Assembly (NCBI GenBank): GCA_013265495.1
Contig: MU058423.1
Location: 2,185,061-2,249,060 of the forward strand
From: Vicugna vicugna
Lineage: Eukaryota
Reading direction: 5' to 3'
Length of the DNA: 64,000 nucleotides
Numbering within the stretch: position 1 is the first letter of the stretch; each line of letters opens with the position of its first letter. Of this stretch, positions 48,681-61,718 are shown in pieces. The position numbers and the translations under genes are program-made. The notes beneath the pieces were generated by a model. It searched no databases and was not told the origin of the DNA. It worked only from the letters and a program-made list of their open reading frames with translations.

Positions 48681-51145
48681 CATATCAGGGCTGCTCCAGA
48701 GGTAGCTACTGGAAATTGGGAGAGTCCCTGTCAGGGGTCTCAGGATCAGTGATGCTTAAAGCCACCCTGAGCCAGTGACCGTGGCTCGGAGAGTCTGGTC
48801 AGGAGCCCGTGCCCATGACAAACGCTCCCCAACAGAGATCAGGTCCCGGGGCTTCCTGAATGAGGCTGTCGCCAGCTTCACTAGGGTGGAGCCCAGCCTG
48901 CTCCACTGGCTGGATGGGGTGGGAGGATGGAGGGATGCTAGGACAGGGAGAAGGGAAGGGACTCCATGTCCAAGGCATGCTGAAAGTGAGAAAGGTGGCA
49001 GGCAGGAGATGGGGCTGGAAAAGGAGGCTTCAGTAAGAGTCTGGCCCAACAGGTAGATGGTCATTGCTGCCTTGCTCTGAACCAGCTTGATACGCAGCAG
49101 GCTCCCTGATGCCAAGCAGGAGGCGCCGGGAGAGGGGTTAGCTTTGGACTTCTCAGGAAAGGTGAGGAGGCGAACTTTAAGCAGAGGACAGTCCCTCTCC
49201 CAGCAGAGGAGACTGAGTAGGGGCAGCACTCATTCTTATCACACCCTGCATGAGGTGGGGCCCTCCAGAGGCTCTGAGGGTGAGGTAGGAGCCAGCACTG
49301 GCAGAATGTGGGGACCAGCAGTCTAGCAGAGAAGGCCCTACAGCTGGATCCAGCATAGCACCAGAGGAGCTTGGGCTGTTTCCCTTTCTCTGCTGGGTCT
49401 TCCTGCTCCCATGTTCCTACCAGGTGGCACCCAAAACAGACTTCCTCCCCAGGATTCCTCAGGGCCTGGGGCCATGAGGGTAAGAGGCCCAGCACTGGGA
49501 CAACCCCAGATTACATAAGCCATGGAAGTCCAAATGTCGCATCTCTAGACAGCCCAGCAAGCCTCAGCCAGGGAAGAGAGGGGGAAGGGGAGGGAAACAG
49601 GGTGAGGGAGCTGGTTCTGAATAGCTGCCCCTATGGAAGTGCTCTGGGGCAGCGGAGCACACGCCCCACTGCTCTTCTAGGCCTTTTCAACCCTGAAAGG
49701 GTGGAGGGGTGGCCACAAGGCCCCCAGACCTAGTCCAGAAGCTTCCCCCATGATTGAGGCCCAAGAATAGGGAGCTTGACAAGAGCCAGACGCCACCCAT
49801 AGACCTCGCCCATGGAGAGGTGTGACAGGACCACTTGGGACAGTGCAGGGGCAGGTTCAGGGCACAGAGGGGAGAGCAGGTGGTGACAGGGAAGAATTCC
49901 CAGGAAAGTGATCAGCAGCTGCAGGCTCTTTCATCTGCCTGCAGGGAGAGAGAACAGAGGAAGGAGAGCCAGGCAGCTGGGCAGGTGGTGTGCCCTTTCC
50001 CAGCCCAGGCCTGCTCTGGGATCTGCAACCCGGGTTAGGGGCTGAGAGAGCACCCAGCTTTTGAACTGTCAGGCCTTTCCTGCCTGCATGAGAGGCAGCG
50101 TGTGGAGTGAGGGACTCGGGGTTACTTGCACACACACATACACAGCTTCTTTTGCTGTGGCTCCCAGCTAAATCCCTGGAAAGCAGGTGGCTTTTTGGTT
50201 TGGTTTGGTTTTGATACTGCCAATGTCTAGCCTAGAGCCTGACACATAAAAGTTTATTAGATGATAGAAATGCAAAATGCGTGCACCAACACACATAGGG
50301 CATATACCAGACGACAAATCCATCCCAGATACGTGCACAGCACACAGATATGCCACCCGCACCTGCCAGGAGCTCACAAATGAATGGGAAAGACAGATTC
50401 CAAAGCAGATAATGCTACTAGAATGTGGTAAGTACAATGAGAACAATGCTGGGGTATTTCAAAGTCCAGTGGAGGGTGCCCATTTCAGACGTGTGGAGGG
50501 GATGGGTAGAACAAAGGCAGGGAGGCACGATGTAGCAGTGTTTCAGAGGGGAACTGGGGTGGGAGTCAGCTATGAAGAATCGAGTGTTGTGACCTGGCAG
50601 GAGATGAGGCTGTGGAGAGGAACAGGGGTCAGTGCCAAGGGCCTTGTCTAGGCTGAGGTCTCCAGGGAACCACTGAGGGTTTAAGCAGGACTAGGACCTG
50701 AACAGAAATATCTTTAAGATTTCTCAGATGCGGTGAGGTGGGTATATTGGGAAAGGAGATGAGGTGGGGAGGCTAGAAACACAACATATGTGCACTGGTA
50801 CACCCAGGAAGTGCCCAGAGGCCACGGACTCCAATAACACCCTTACCAGACACAGCCAGGCTGGAGAATCAGAGAGTGACCCAGCCTGGGGATCTGGGGC
50901 GGGCCCATGGGGCCAATAAACCCCCTCTGGGCTTGGGCCTCTCTTAGGCCCCATCCCAAGCAACCCCCTGGGGCCCTGAGAACGATGTGAATTTACAAGT
51001 TCCTGCAACTCAAGATCCTCCAGCCTTGAGCCAGCTCCCCACCTCCCCACAGGAGGACACAACCGTCAGCTCTCTCCCCAGTAGACTCCATGCCTCAGGG
51101 CTGCTTTATCAGTCACCCCCTTAACCTCCCCCAACCCGCTCCCAG

Positions 51146-51274
51146 GTCTGGTTTCAGAACCGCAGAGCCAAGTGGCGGAAGCGTGAACGTTATGGGAAGA
51201 TCCAGGAGGGGCGGAACCCCTTCACGTCTGCCTATGACATCTCTGTGCTGCCTCGAACCGACAGCCATCCCCAG
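51146..51274 (+). CDS. ALX3: ALX3 coding exon 3 (129 nt), recognition helix
   Basis: cccag|GTC TGG TTT CAG AAC CGC = [43 protein letters not shown]. Donor CAG|GTGAGA. Q50 paired-like homeodomain. Confidence 0.98.
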
Positions 51275-51686
51275 GTGAGACCCCCTCCGCACTAGGGTCA
51301 GGGCCTGACAGTTCTGTGAGGAGGCCAGCAAACGTATGAGCTCTGGCCCTGGGGAGACCTGGAGCAGCAGTAGGGCTGTGTGTGACTGTGGGTAAATCAC
51401 TTCTTCCTCCGCAAAATGGGCTCTTACCAGTCTCATGAATGATGTGTGCAGAGCAGCTGGTACAAAGGAATCACTGAAGGAACTCCTATTTTGAGAAGCA
51501 ATGGCAGGGGCCTCCTGAGGTGCCACTGGGAGAAGTGGGGGCAGGAGTGAGCAGACACTAGACCTGGCCCAAGTGGAGTTTTCTTGGAAAGTTTCTGAAG
51601 CCCTGAGGACAAAGAGGGGGTCTCTAGGTAAGGAAGGTGGCCCCTGGGACTCCTGATTCATGGGCCTTCTTTTTCTCTCTTTTCAG

Positions 51687-51995
51687 CTGCAGAACTCCCT
51701 GTGGCCCAGTCCAGGGTCTGGGAGCCCTGGGGGCCCCTGCCTCGTGTCTCCAGAGGGCATCCCCTCCCCATGTATGTCTCCGTACTCCCACTCTCATGGG
51801 AATGTGGCTGGCTTCATGGGGGTGCCAGCCTCTCCTGGAGCCCACCCTGGTATCTACTCCATCCACAGCTTTTCCCCCGCTCTAGGGGGCCACAGCTTTG
51901 AGCCCTCCCCAGATGACGACTATAAGTCTCCAAGCCTCATCTCACTCAGGGTGAAGCCCAAGGAGCCGCCCAGCCTGCTGAACTGGACCACGTGA
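51687..51995 (+). CDS. ALX3: ALX3 coding exon 4 to stop; total protein 343 aa
   Basis: tttcag|CTG CAG AAC = [18 protein letters not shown]...[22 protein letters not shown]. Exon lengths 277+317+129+309 = 1032 nt. Confidence 0.97.
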   Translation: MQNSLWPSPGSGSPGGPCLVSPEGIPSPCMSPYSHSHGNVAGFMGVPASPGAHPGIYSIHSFSPALGGHSFEPSPDDDYKSPSLISLRVKPKEPPSLLNWTT

Positions 51996-52828
51996 TCTGT
52001 TGCGTGGACACGCAGACTGAGCTGCCCAACCCCATTTCTGTTCCCAGCTGCTCCCACCCCACCCCGGCCTGGATGCCAGAGAGGACACACCTCTGCCTCC
52101 AAGCCCCAGATGGTTCCTGGAGGCCCCGGCAGAGCAGCTGGGACCCTCAGGCTTCCGCAGGGAAAAGCTACAGAGTCTTTTCTCTTAGAATAAGGTGGGG
52201 CTGTCCAGGAAAGAGCAGGCTTCAAACGGGTAGGATTCTTCCTACCATACAGTGGGTCCCCTCACCCAAACTCTGGGCTGGAGGAGGAAGATACTGCCCT
52301 GCTTCCTTCAGACTTTGCCTGTCATCCCTCCAGCTGAAACAGCTTAACTGACTCCTCATTCAGGGAATGCAGGAAGATGAGAGGAGGAGGACACAGGTTG
52401 AAATAGGAGCTCCTTGCCACTTAGGGGAAACCAGGGCCTTGTATGATCACTAGGGCCGGCTTCACTGGCCCCTCCCACCACAAGGGGGCGTGCACCCAGC
52501 GTCAAAGACCTGGAAACGAGGTCCCTGTAAAAGGTGCCCCCTTCTCCCCTGTTCAGCCATCTCTATTCCTGTCCTGTGCTCCCTTCAGCAACATGCTATG
52601 GAGTCCTCTCCCCCTCCAAGGGGCAGAAATTCCACCAGAAACTACCAAATACTTGGATTCTCTTCCATGAGAGCAAGCCAGAGCTATGTCATGGAAACTG
52701 TAGGATCCCTTGGTTTACTATATGGATGTTGGTAAGGGTAAAACAGATTTCTACAGACTCAGCCCCTGAGATCCCAACCCCCACTTTTGTAAAGATACTT
52801 TTGTAAAAAATGTGCTGCCCAGCATTAT

Positions 52829-52834
52829 AATAAA
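52829..52834 (+). terminator. Putative ALX3 polyadenylation signal AATAAA
   Basis: First canonical hexamer noticed after the stop, with upstream TGTA motifs (tttgtaaa x2) and downstream T/GT-rich sequence. Confidence 0.7.
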
Positions 52835-55095
52835 GGTGGCAGTATTTTTTATACCAAGTGATTGTGTCTCCTCAGGGTTTGGCACGTGGTTGCTCCAGGG
52901 CTGGTCTGTGCCAGGGTCCAGGCAGGGATCCCAGAGGCTAGGGGAAGATGGGCCTGTCGCCAGCCCTCGAAGCCCATGCATGCCATGCCTGGCTCTGTCA
53001 CCTGCCCAGGGTCAACTGGTATCGGGAGGCAGGGAGGAAAGCCTGGTTCTAGGGCTGCTGAACTCATTTGGAAGAACTGGGGGTGGGAAGGGGAGTGAGA
53101 AAGCTGAGAGAAGCTTGCAGCTGGACTGATGTCGGAGGGGAGATGGGATGAAGTCCGGGGAGCCCACGGAGGGCTCTGAACTACCCTGGCTGGGACCCTG
53201 GAGTAGTGGGGGTGGTGCCGTTCCCTGCTCTCAGACGCCCCAGGAGCACGTCTGAGCAGTAGGGCAGAGACGAAAGCCAGGACTTTCTTGTGGTTTCAGA
53301 GTATTACCCATTCTATCCTTCATCCCCGCTTTCTGCCTTATCTTCCTGGAAGGCAGGAAAAAAGCAGGCCTGGCCCTCCCACCTTCCCACCCTCCCAGTA
53401 AACACAACCACATTGCTCAGAGCAGCTCAGCCTCAGCTAGCAGCCCAGGCCCCCCAAGCCTGGGCCTCCTCCTCCAGGCACAGAGAAACCCAAGCACACA
53501 AAGACGCCAGCACCATGCTTATTCCCAAGTAGGGCGCAAGTCCCCCATCACATGGGATTTTTCCGGCCGAAATAGTCACTGTGACAAGACTCAAGCATAC
53601 CCCAGAGGAAACCAGTGTCTTCCTTCCCTTCCCTTCCCTTCATTTGAGGGTCTGGCTTCTGGTGATTTCTCTCCTCTATCGGAGGCTCTGAGGTCCAGGT
53701 GTGAGCCCATGTTCATTGGGAAGGGAAGAGTCTGGGTAGCAGGGAGAGGCAGACCTAGCTACCACTGATGAGCAGAACCACCTTCACCCAGCTGGTCAAT
53801 AATGAACTGTGGTGCAAACCCACGCTTCTAATTCCAGGGCTAAGACCACTGCACTAGAAGTTTCTTGACGTAAGGAGTGGCCGGCAAAATTTTGCATTTT
53901 CTCACAAAAGTTAGATGCAGAGAGAAAGATTAGTTTGTTCTACAAATGGAGTGCCCCCTGTGCCAGGCATTGTACTGGGTGCCAGAGATAGAAGGTCAAG
54001 AAAAACCATGATTCCCCCTCTCCCACAGCTTAGAAAGAGGGAAGAGGGAAGGAGCTGTGAAAGCAAAGGAAGCAGCATTGGGGAAGAGACAGACAAGAGA
54101 TGAAAACAAAGTCAAGTCAGAGAGTAACACGCAGGGGCAGGGGCGGGAGAGGAGGACAGAGGCCTGGGAGCAGGCCCTGTGCAGGAGGGAGGCCCTGGTT
54201 GGGGAGGGCACAGGGAGGCCAGGGACCAGCTACTGGCTCCCATCCAGGGGCATCTGCCCACAGCTCATATTTTTCTGTCCAGTGACAGCTAAATGAAGAG
54301 AAAGCTAACTTTACAACCGCCCACTTCACACATAATGAATATGAATGGGCATCCCGGAGCCTGTTCCCCGGGATTATCTGTGAGTTGACGGGTTCTCCCA
54401 CTGACTGGGCCATCCCAGCCAACCTGTCCCCCGGCTGGGACTAGGGCAGCCCTTCCACCTGCTTCCCATTAGCTGTCCTCCCATCCTCCCCTCCTCCTCC
54501 ACACCCTAGGCATCTCACCCCTAAGACACAGCCCCTAGGTCTCCAGATGCCCCGCCCCCAGCCTCACTCCAGAGGCGACCTCAGCCCTCAGCCTAGGCCC
54601 AATGTTTCCCCAACGCCAGGCTGGGGCTCTGGGCAGCCCTTCTGGAAAAGGAAAAGGGAAGTAGGCCTACTTGGAATCTCAACTTAAGAGAGGTGCTAGG
54701 CTCGGTCTCCCTTTACTAAGGCTCCTCGACTCCAGTGAGGCCTACCCAGAGAAGTCCTAAATCTGGGTCCTGGCAGGGGCCTGGACACCAGACTGCAAGA
54801 GGAGGGCCTTAGCCAGCTCACCCTCAGTCCAGGCTTCCAGCTTCAGTCCACATCAGGAAATGCTTCTCATTAGAGGCATACAGTCTTCATTCCCCGCCTC
54901 CCCAACCATTTACACATCAGCCTGAATTACAACCCCAAAGTGCAGACCCTCTGCAGCCCCAGACAGGAACAGCCCAGCACCACCAGGAACTGGGCATTTC
55001 CTGTATCCAGCAAAGGGAGAACATACCTCGCCCCTGCTCCAGCCTCAGCCACAGGCTCATCCTGGACATGAGCACAAAGCATCTGCTCTTGGAGC

Positions 55096-55574
55096 CCCTG
55101 TTCTTAATGCTGGACGCCCACCCCCACCCCCACAACTCCCCGTCAACAACTGCAGGCCCACCCCCCACCAGCACCTTCTCCAGTAGAAGGGCACTGGCTG
55201 GGACCCATGGGACCTTTGTGGCCCTGCAGATGTCTGTCTGGGTACTGCCACATTATTGCTCTTACTTTTACATCCAGCTCTCCATTGACTGAGCGTGTCG
55301 AGGAAAGTGCAAGTATGGGGTCCTGTTCCCCTGGACAACCCTGTTCTTAATGCTGGACGCCCACCCCCACAACTCCCCGTCAACAACTGCAGGCCCACCC
55401 CCCACCAGCACCTTCTCCAGTAGAAGGGCACTGGCTGGGACCCATGGGACCTTTGTGGCCCTGCAGATGTCTGTCTGGGTACTGCCACATTATTGCTCTT
55501 ACTTTTACATCCAGCTCTCCATTGACTGAGCGTGTCGAGGAAAGTGCAAGTATGGGGTCCTGTTCCCCTGGACA
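55096..55574. repeat. Near-perfect tandem duplication (242 bp + 236 bp)
   Basis: 55096-55337 and 55339-55574 read identically except for one extra CACCCC in the first copy. A single A lies at the junction. Confidence 0.95.
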
Positions 55575-57083
55575 CTCAGGGCACCAAGAACAGGGCCTGG
55601 CCAGAAGGGCCTCCCAGGTGTGATGCCAGGGCTATTACTCCAAAGATATTTCTGCACAAAGGCCTGGCTTTGAACAGCCAATCTGCTCCAAGCATACTCT
55701 GTGGCCATGGAAAAGCACTTGCCCTCCCGGGCCAGCCCTGGGCCCAGGGACGCAGGACTCACCTGCCCAGGCTTTGTGGCCCTTGTAGCTTTGATATTCT
55801 GTGTTCATTTTGCCCAGATTTATACAGAGATATGTACAGACCTTTGCAAAACAAGAAGGAAAATGGCACCTCTGATTAAAATGAAGCTTGAGAAGAAAGA
55901 CTAGGGAAATCAAAAATGGGGAAGGAGGACAAAGCCTCAGCCAGACAGGTTCCGTGAGCCAGACGGCCTGGTGGCATAAGAACATGAAAATCCATCTTAC
56001 CCAAACTGCAATCTCAAGGTTAGTACTTCTTATCAATCCTAGTAAGAAACAGCAAAGAATCCATCATGCACACACAAATTGTGTCAAATTCCCTCGTCCT
56101 GTGCAAGTCACTTTGTGGGAAATGGCCAATCACAGGGCCGTCCCATCTCACAGGCCGTGTGACTTATGTAAGGAGAACACTGCTGGCTCCTGTCCAGGCT
56201 GCTCTTAATCAAGCTGGCACATCAAGGCCTGTGCTGGAGGTCCAGCTCCAGGCCTGGACTGAGGTTCCTCAGGCAGACACTGCAGGCAGGAGCCAACAAA
56301 GGGAAGATTTCCCCCAGAATGTAAGTCAAGACCCCTTGGAGACTTAAAACCCCCTATACCTGGCCTATGGGTAAGATAAGGGAACTTTAAGCAATTCTGA
56401 AAAGGGAACATACCTTTTCCCAGCATCAGAATGGTAAGATCCTCAGAAGCAGAGCCTCAGGATCGAGCTAGGTGGCGGCAGACATGTCTAGGGATCTGAA
56501 GGCCAGGTGCAGGCTCCAAGGGGCCTCAAACTGACACCAACCACAGGGTGTTCCTGGCTTCTCTCTCCGCCATGAGGGCTCCTGGGCCTTCCGACACTCT
56601 CTTTCCTAGGACTCCCGATGGCCGGCTTCCCCAGGCCCTGGGCACTTAAGTTTCCTTTCAGTCCCAAATACCTGCTGCAGTGAGGGCCCAGAACAGTCGA
56701 TCCTCTCTCTGACCTGGTCTCTCTCTCAATAACACTGAAATTGGTTTGGCTGAGGCCAGCTCAGGGGTGTGATCCAGAGAAACCCGGGGCTCCTACTGCA
56801 ATTACATCAAACCCAGGAGTGCAGACAACTTACCACTCCAGCAACCCAGAGCCCTGGGGGCTGGGAGCCCTGGAGTGATACCAGACATGTGTGGAAAGAA
56901 CACTCTGGATAAGTGCCAACTCCCCCTCCCCTTCCCCTTCAAACAGGAGAGGTGGACAGCTTGGCAGGGGACAAGAAGGTGACCTATCAATGCTGGCAAA
57001 AAAACCCACTTTCTAGACCTGGAGGAGATATTCAGGGGTCATACTTCCCACAGAAAAGGCAATGGACATTGTTTTTGCTTCCT

Positions 57084-57089
57084 TTTAAT
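57084..57089 (-). terminator. Putative STRIP1 polyadenylation signal ATTAAA
   Basis: tttaat on plus strand, ~700 nt after the stop, preceded on the minus strand by U/UG-rich sequence. Confidence 0.6.
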
Positions 57090-57794
57090 GTAAACGGAAT
57101 ACACAAACACATTAAAAACTCCCCAACAGGACACAAGAGAACACACACAGATTTATATATAGGTATTTACAGACTCCTGGAAACCAAAAAAAAAAATAAT
57201 AAATGGCACCTCTGGTTAAGGGAAGCTTCTCTTCCTACCCCAACCTTGTCCAAAAAAGTACTGAGGCAGCTGCAGGAGCCTTTGCGATTGCTTCTGGATG
57301 AAACTTAGCAGAAGGCTGGAATGACATGAGAAACCCCCCAAAGCAAAACCAAGATTCTGACTTTCTGGTCCTGGCTCTCACCCTAAGCCCTGCCCGTGGC
57401 AAGCTGACATGCCAAGGATTTGCATGTCTCAGGAAGAGTCAGCATGACCCCTGACACTCAGATGTAATGCACTCCCAGTCCACCCAGCTTTTCCCAGCCT
57501 TAGGCCAAATGACGAATTAGCTGCAACCAATCATGTCCAAGAGAAGAGCCTGGGGAGGAGTGAAGAAAGAGAGGATCCCAAGCAGAGAGATGACCGCTCC
57601 TGAATAGGACACTGGGAATCAACAAAAGGCCAGATCGGGACTGGCCCACCAGCCCACGGCTGGCTCAGGAGGGCACGGTGGGACTGTGCTGCCACCTGGA
57701 GGGCAATGGGAGCACTGCAGCAAGGAACCAGGATAGCCCCTGGGGTACCTTGAGATCACCCCTTCTTTCATTTCCAGTCTCCCACTCTGGAGCC

Positions 57795-58042
57795 TCACTG
57801 CAGCAGCTCTTCCCAGGAAATGGGCTTGGAGAAGACCTCCCTTTCTAACCAGAGGTCATAGTTCATCTGGAAGTCCTCAGGGAGGTCCACGCGCTGGCCC
57901 AGGACACTCTGCAGGCAGTTGTCCACAGGTAGAAAGTCGGGGTTGCTGTGGGCCCGGTCGTAGCGCCGGGCGTTGAAGCGCTCGATGTTGGCACGGAGGG
58001 CACACTCCTCGGCCTGGAAGTCCCAAGGCCGGGCATCAAGAT
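57795..58042 (-). CDS. STRIP1: STRIP1 (FAM40A) last coding exon
   Basis: ccccag|AT CTT GAT = (D)LDARPWDFQAEECALRANIERFNARRYDRAHSNPDFLPVDNCLQSVLGQRVDLPEDFQMNYDLWLEREVFSKPISWEELLQ*. Confidence 0.97.
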
Positions 58043-59235
58043 CTGGGGCAAAGCAGGAAGACGTGGTTAGGAGCCAAGGCCTCGTGGCAGCTCCCCTTGG
58101 GTGGACTGCAGCTCAGGGCCAGGCTGGCCTGCGCCTGGAATGTTGACTGTCAACTTGTCTTGACAAGCAAGAACCCCCCAAGCCCCACCCTCAGGAAGAC
58201 TGACAGGACTTCTTTCCTAGATACAAAGGAAAGTCAGGTCAAAGGGGAAAAGCCAGATCTACGGAGAAACAGGCTACGCTGCAGTTTACGTGGAGCCGAT
58301 GAAGGAAAGCCACAGGGGCAACATGCTTTCCTGAAAGTCACGGTCTCCCTGGTTCTCTGGTTCTCAGAGCAGGAACCTGCAGATCCCTGTGTTTGCTCAT
58401 TCTCTCAATGCCCTGACCAGGTGCTGTGGGCCACCTTGGCTCCATATAAACTTACAGGGTGCTGGGAGTGCAGACCCAGCCCCGTGGCCCTGGTGCTGGG
58501 GCCAGGAACTGTGAGGGTGAGGCAGCATGCTCAGGGAGCCCCGGGAAGACCCACACTGCCCGGGAAGCAAAGGTGGCTGCCGGGGGTGGGGGAAGACGAG
58601 GAACACATGCGAATACAGAACAGTTTGAGGGGGTAGGGGAGGCATCCTGCCAGGAGAAGTGGGGGACAATGTGGCCAATGTGCACTGAGTGCCCCATATG
58701 CCCAGAGCCCTGGTGTGACAGAGGCTGGGCTGAGGACAGGAAGGGACGATGTGTGGGCCTTAAATGCTTTAAGGGTTTGGTTCTAATTCTAAGGGGAATC
58801 AGAAGGCAATGAAGGATTTTACTCAGGGAGGTACCACCAGCAGCTCTGCATTTTAAAAAGATGACTAGGGCAAAGTCTGAAGCCCTGATGGAGAGAAAGC
58901 AACTGGAGGCCGTGAAGCCATCAGGAGCTGCGACAATGTTGGTGACCAGAACCAAGGCAATTGCAGGGGGAAGGAGAAAGGATGAGAGGACAGAGAAAGT
59001 CTTGTGACAATTTCTGGAAAAGCAATGACTTCAAGGGGAGGCACCAAGAGGAATGAGGGGTGGTCACAGACGCCAAGCCCGGGCAGCTTCTCCAAGTCCT
59101 TCCCAGAGCTCCCATCCTGATGCTACAAAAGCAGGAGCTGGGCTCTTCCAGGTTCCTCAGAGGGAAGCTTAGAGCAGAGAGGGAAAGCTGTCACCTCGTC
59201 CCCTCCACCCCCAGCCGCCTGGCACGGAGCCTCAC

Positions 59236-59440
59236 CGTTGCCGTAAGCCCAGTCGTCGTTCAGCCGATGCCGCACCTTCTGGTAGATGGCGGACATTGTC
59301 TTCATATTGCTCTTTCGCCACTGCCGCCCCAGGTACTTGGTCTGCACCTTAAGCAGCTTCAGCACATAGAGCTGCATCATGGCCTGTTTCACCTTCAGGG
59401 CCCGCTTCAAGATGGGGGCTGACTTGAACACCACCAGCAT
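59236..59440 (-). CDS. STRIP1: STRIP1 penultimate exon (205 nt)
   Basis: MLVVFKSAPILKRALKVKQAMMQLYVLKLLKVQTKYLGRQWRKSNMKTMSAIYQKVRHRLNDDWAYGN+G, with AG/GT flanks. Confidence 0.97.
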
Positions 59441-60060
59441 CTGGGAAGGGGCACAAGGGAGGCCCACGCTGAGGGCAGACACAAATGCTGGCACTGCCAC
59501 CCTGCTGCAGTCCCTTTTGGGGTTATGAGCAGAGTCACCAGCTGTCGCAGTTTTCCCCAGACAGAGGAGTTTCCTGGGACAGGGCGCTTCCACTGCTAAA
59601 CCCAGGACAGTCCTAGTCAAACCTAGATGGTTGGTCACTCTAATTACGGGTCACTCTGGGATCTGAAGAAAGCTATGAATACCCTCACCAGAAATATCCC
59701 TATGTACATATACGTACAATTTCAGAGAATTCATGGGCCACCCTACCCCAAAGACTCAGGGTTAAGCAGCCTTGCAGAACCCTGGCTTGTTACCAGTGGA
59801 GATTAAGAGGATACAGATAATTCCTTCTGCACATGTGGATTTGTTTCAGTGATGACTGAGCTGCTTCCAGCTTCCAGTTCAACTCATCAAGGAACCAGGG
59901 ATCAGCCCTTAAAATGCAAGGATGCAGCTACAGGAAAGTGAGGTGAGAAGGATACGGCTATAGCAGCAAGCTCCCCACATGTCACATGAAGGGGACAGGA
60001 TGGCATGCGGTGCTCTGCTTTGAGCTCCAGGTGTCACGCCTGCTGACTGCGCTGACTCAC

Positions 60061-60165
60061 CATCGTCCTTGAATGCTTCCATTTCGTCAGCTTGTTCAAG
60101 ATCCGAAGCAGATTGATACAAGAAAAGAGGTTCCTCCAGCAAAACTGGTTATTGTCACCTGCTTC
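60061..60165 (-). CDS. STRIP1: STRIP1 internal exon (105 nt)
   Basis: tgcag|EAGDNNQFCWRNLFSCINLLRILNKLTKWKHSRTM|gtgagt. Confidence 0.95.
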
Positions 60166-60738
60166 CTGCAGGGAAAACCCAAGAACAACCATCACCTGCA
60201 CAGCTGCAGGTGCTCAGCAGTTTCGGAGGCCCTCACATGTATCATCTCAGCACTGCTTGGTCTCTCCACGCCTGGACCAGCAACCCTCTCCTCTCCTCTT
60301 CTCGGCCCAGGGGGATCTCCATCCCAGAAGCTGGCAAAGGGCAGAGGGCGCTCCCTAGAATTTTCTTACAGGGAACATGGAGCATGATATTGGGGGCTGT
60401 GGCTTCAGGCCCCACTACCTGGGGCACCCAGGCTCCCTCAGAGCTGTGGCCCCAAAGAATTACAGAGTGGGCAGAGGGAAACAACTCAAGCAGGTGAGCT
60501 CTGGGTCAGCAGCCAGAAGACCACATTCCTAGGTTTAGAAAAAATCCCTAAACCAAATCTTTCTGATCTGCAAGGTCCCTCCCTCAACCCTTCTCTGCGA
60601 TCACAGTGCTTTAAATGCCAAGCACTTGACAGTGACTTCACCTGTGAAGACACCTCTACTGCTGTGTGGGTTGGGGCAGGCTCTCCACCACCAACTCTCA
60701 TGCCCAAGGGACCACCAGGGAAGAGCCTAGCTACTCAC

Positions 60739-60805
60739 CAGACTCTCAGCAGTCAGCTCTGGCAGCTCATGCACCACGCAGTGAGGGTAGTCCAGGACAG
60801 AGATG
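60739..60805 (-). CDS. STRIP1: STRIP1 internal exon (67 nt)
   Basis: tgcag|C+ISVLDYPHCVVHELPELTAESL|gtgagt. Phase matches neighbouring exons. Confidence 0.95.
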
Positions 60806-61278
60806 CTGCAGAGGGCAAGAGAACCCAGGCGCCCACCATGAGCAACAGCTGGCTCCTGCTTTTCTGCCTCGCTTGTTGGAGCAGAAGGAGGAATCTACCT
60901 TGTCTGCACTACCCTGGTTTCCCCAGCTATAAGTCAGCGAAATACCTGCTACAACAGAACTTGTAAGGTTCCTGTATAGCCAGAGACAAGCTTGTAATCT
61001 TGTGAGGGATAGAGACACTGCTTCCCTCACAGCAATAAATCTGGGGCTGGAGAGGGAGATTTCTCAAGGCACTTAATTTATGCCAAGCCCCTCCTGGAGA
61101 CTGTGTCTGGCTAACAGCTCAGCCCATGGTGTATCACACTGATGAGCGGTCACTGTCAAGTACAGCTGGCCCCAGGTGAGGGGGTGGAGGGTAAGAGTCA
61201 GCAGATAAGGCATTATATACAGTGCACATGGCCAAGCTCCTCTGAGAGAGCAGGCAGCCCCACCAGTCTCCTCCTTGG

Positions 61279-61352
61279 AAAAAAAAAGAGAGAGAGAGAG
61301 AGAGAGAAAAAAGAGAGAGAAAGAAAAAAAAAGAAAGGAAAGGAAAAAAAAA
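61279..61352. repeat. (GA)n/A-rich simple repeat in STRIP1 intron
   Basis: aaaaaaaaagagagagagagagagagagaaaaaagagagag... Confidence 0.9.
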
Positions 61353-61617
61353 GCACAGGACAGTGAGGGCAGCATGGCAGTACTGGAGCCCAGGATGAGC
61401 CCCCTTCCACTCAGGCACAGACAGATGAGTCACTTGTCACTAACAGCTAGACTCAGTTTGACAAACTGGCGTCCTCCACAGGCAGAGACTGTGCGTCATT
61501 CATCTCTGTGTCCTGACACTTGGCTTGTGGGTGCTGAATGCGCTCAGCGGGAGAGGCCAGCTAGGAGCCCAGCCATCTGGCCATACCCACCCCTTCCTGA
61601 TCCCTGGTCCTTATCAC

Positions 61618-61718
61618 CTGTTCTTGGCAGTGATGTAGGACATGATGTTTTGATTGAAGAACTTGAGGATCAAAGGGATGCAGTTGGCAAACACCAGGTG
61701 CTGGGCCATGTATTCAAA
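61618..61718 (-). CDS. STRIP1: STRIP1 internal exon (101 nt)
   Basis: ttcag|FEYMAQHLVFANCIPLILKFFNQNIMSYITAKN+AG|gtgata. Confidence 0.95.

Noticed and set aside
55057..55575. 172 aa ORF with an internal repeat
   Set aside because: The repeat simply reflects the DNA tandem duplication. No coding evidence.
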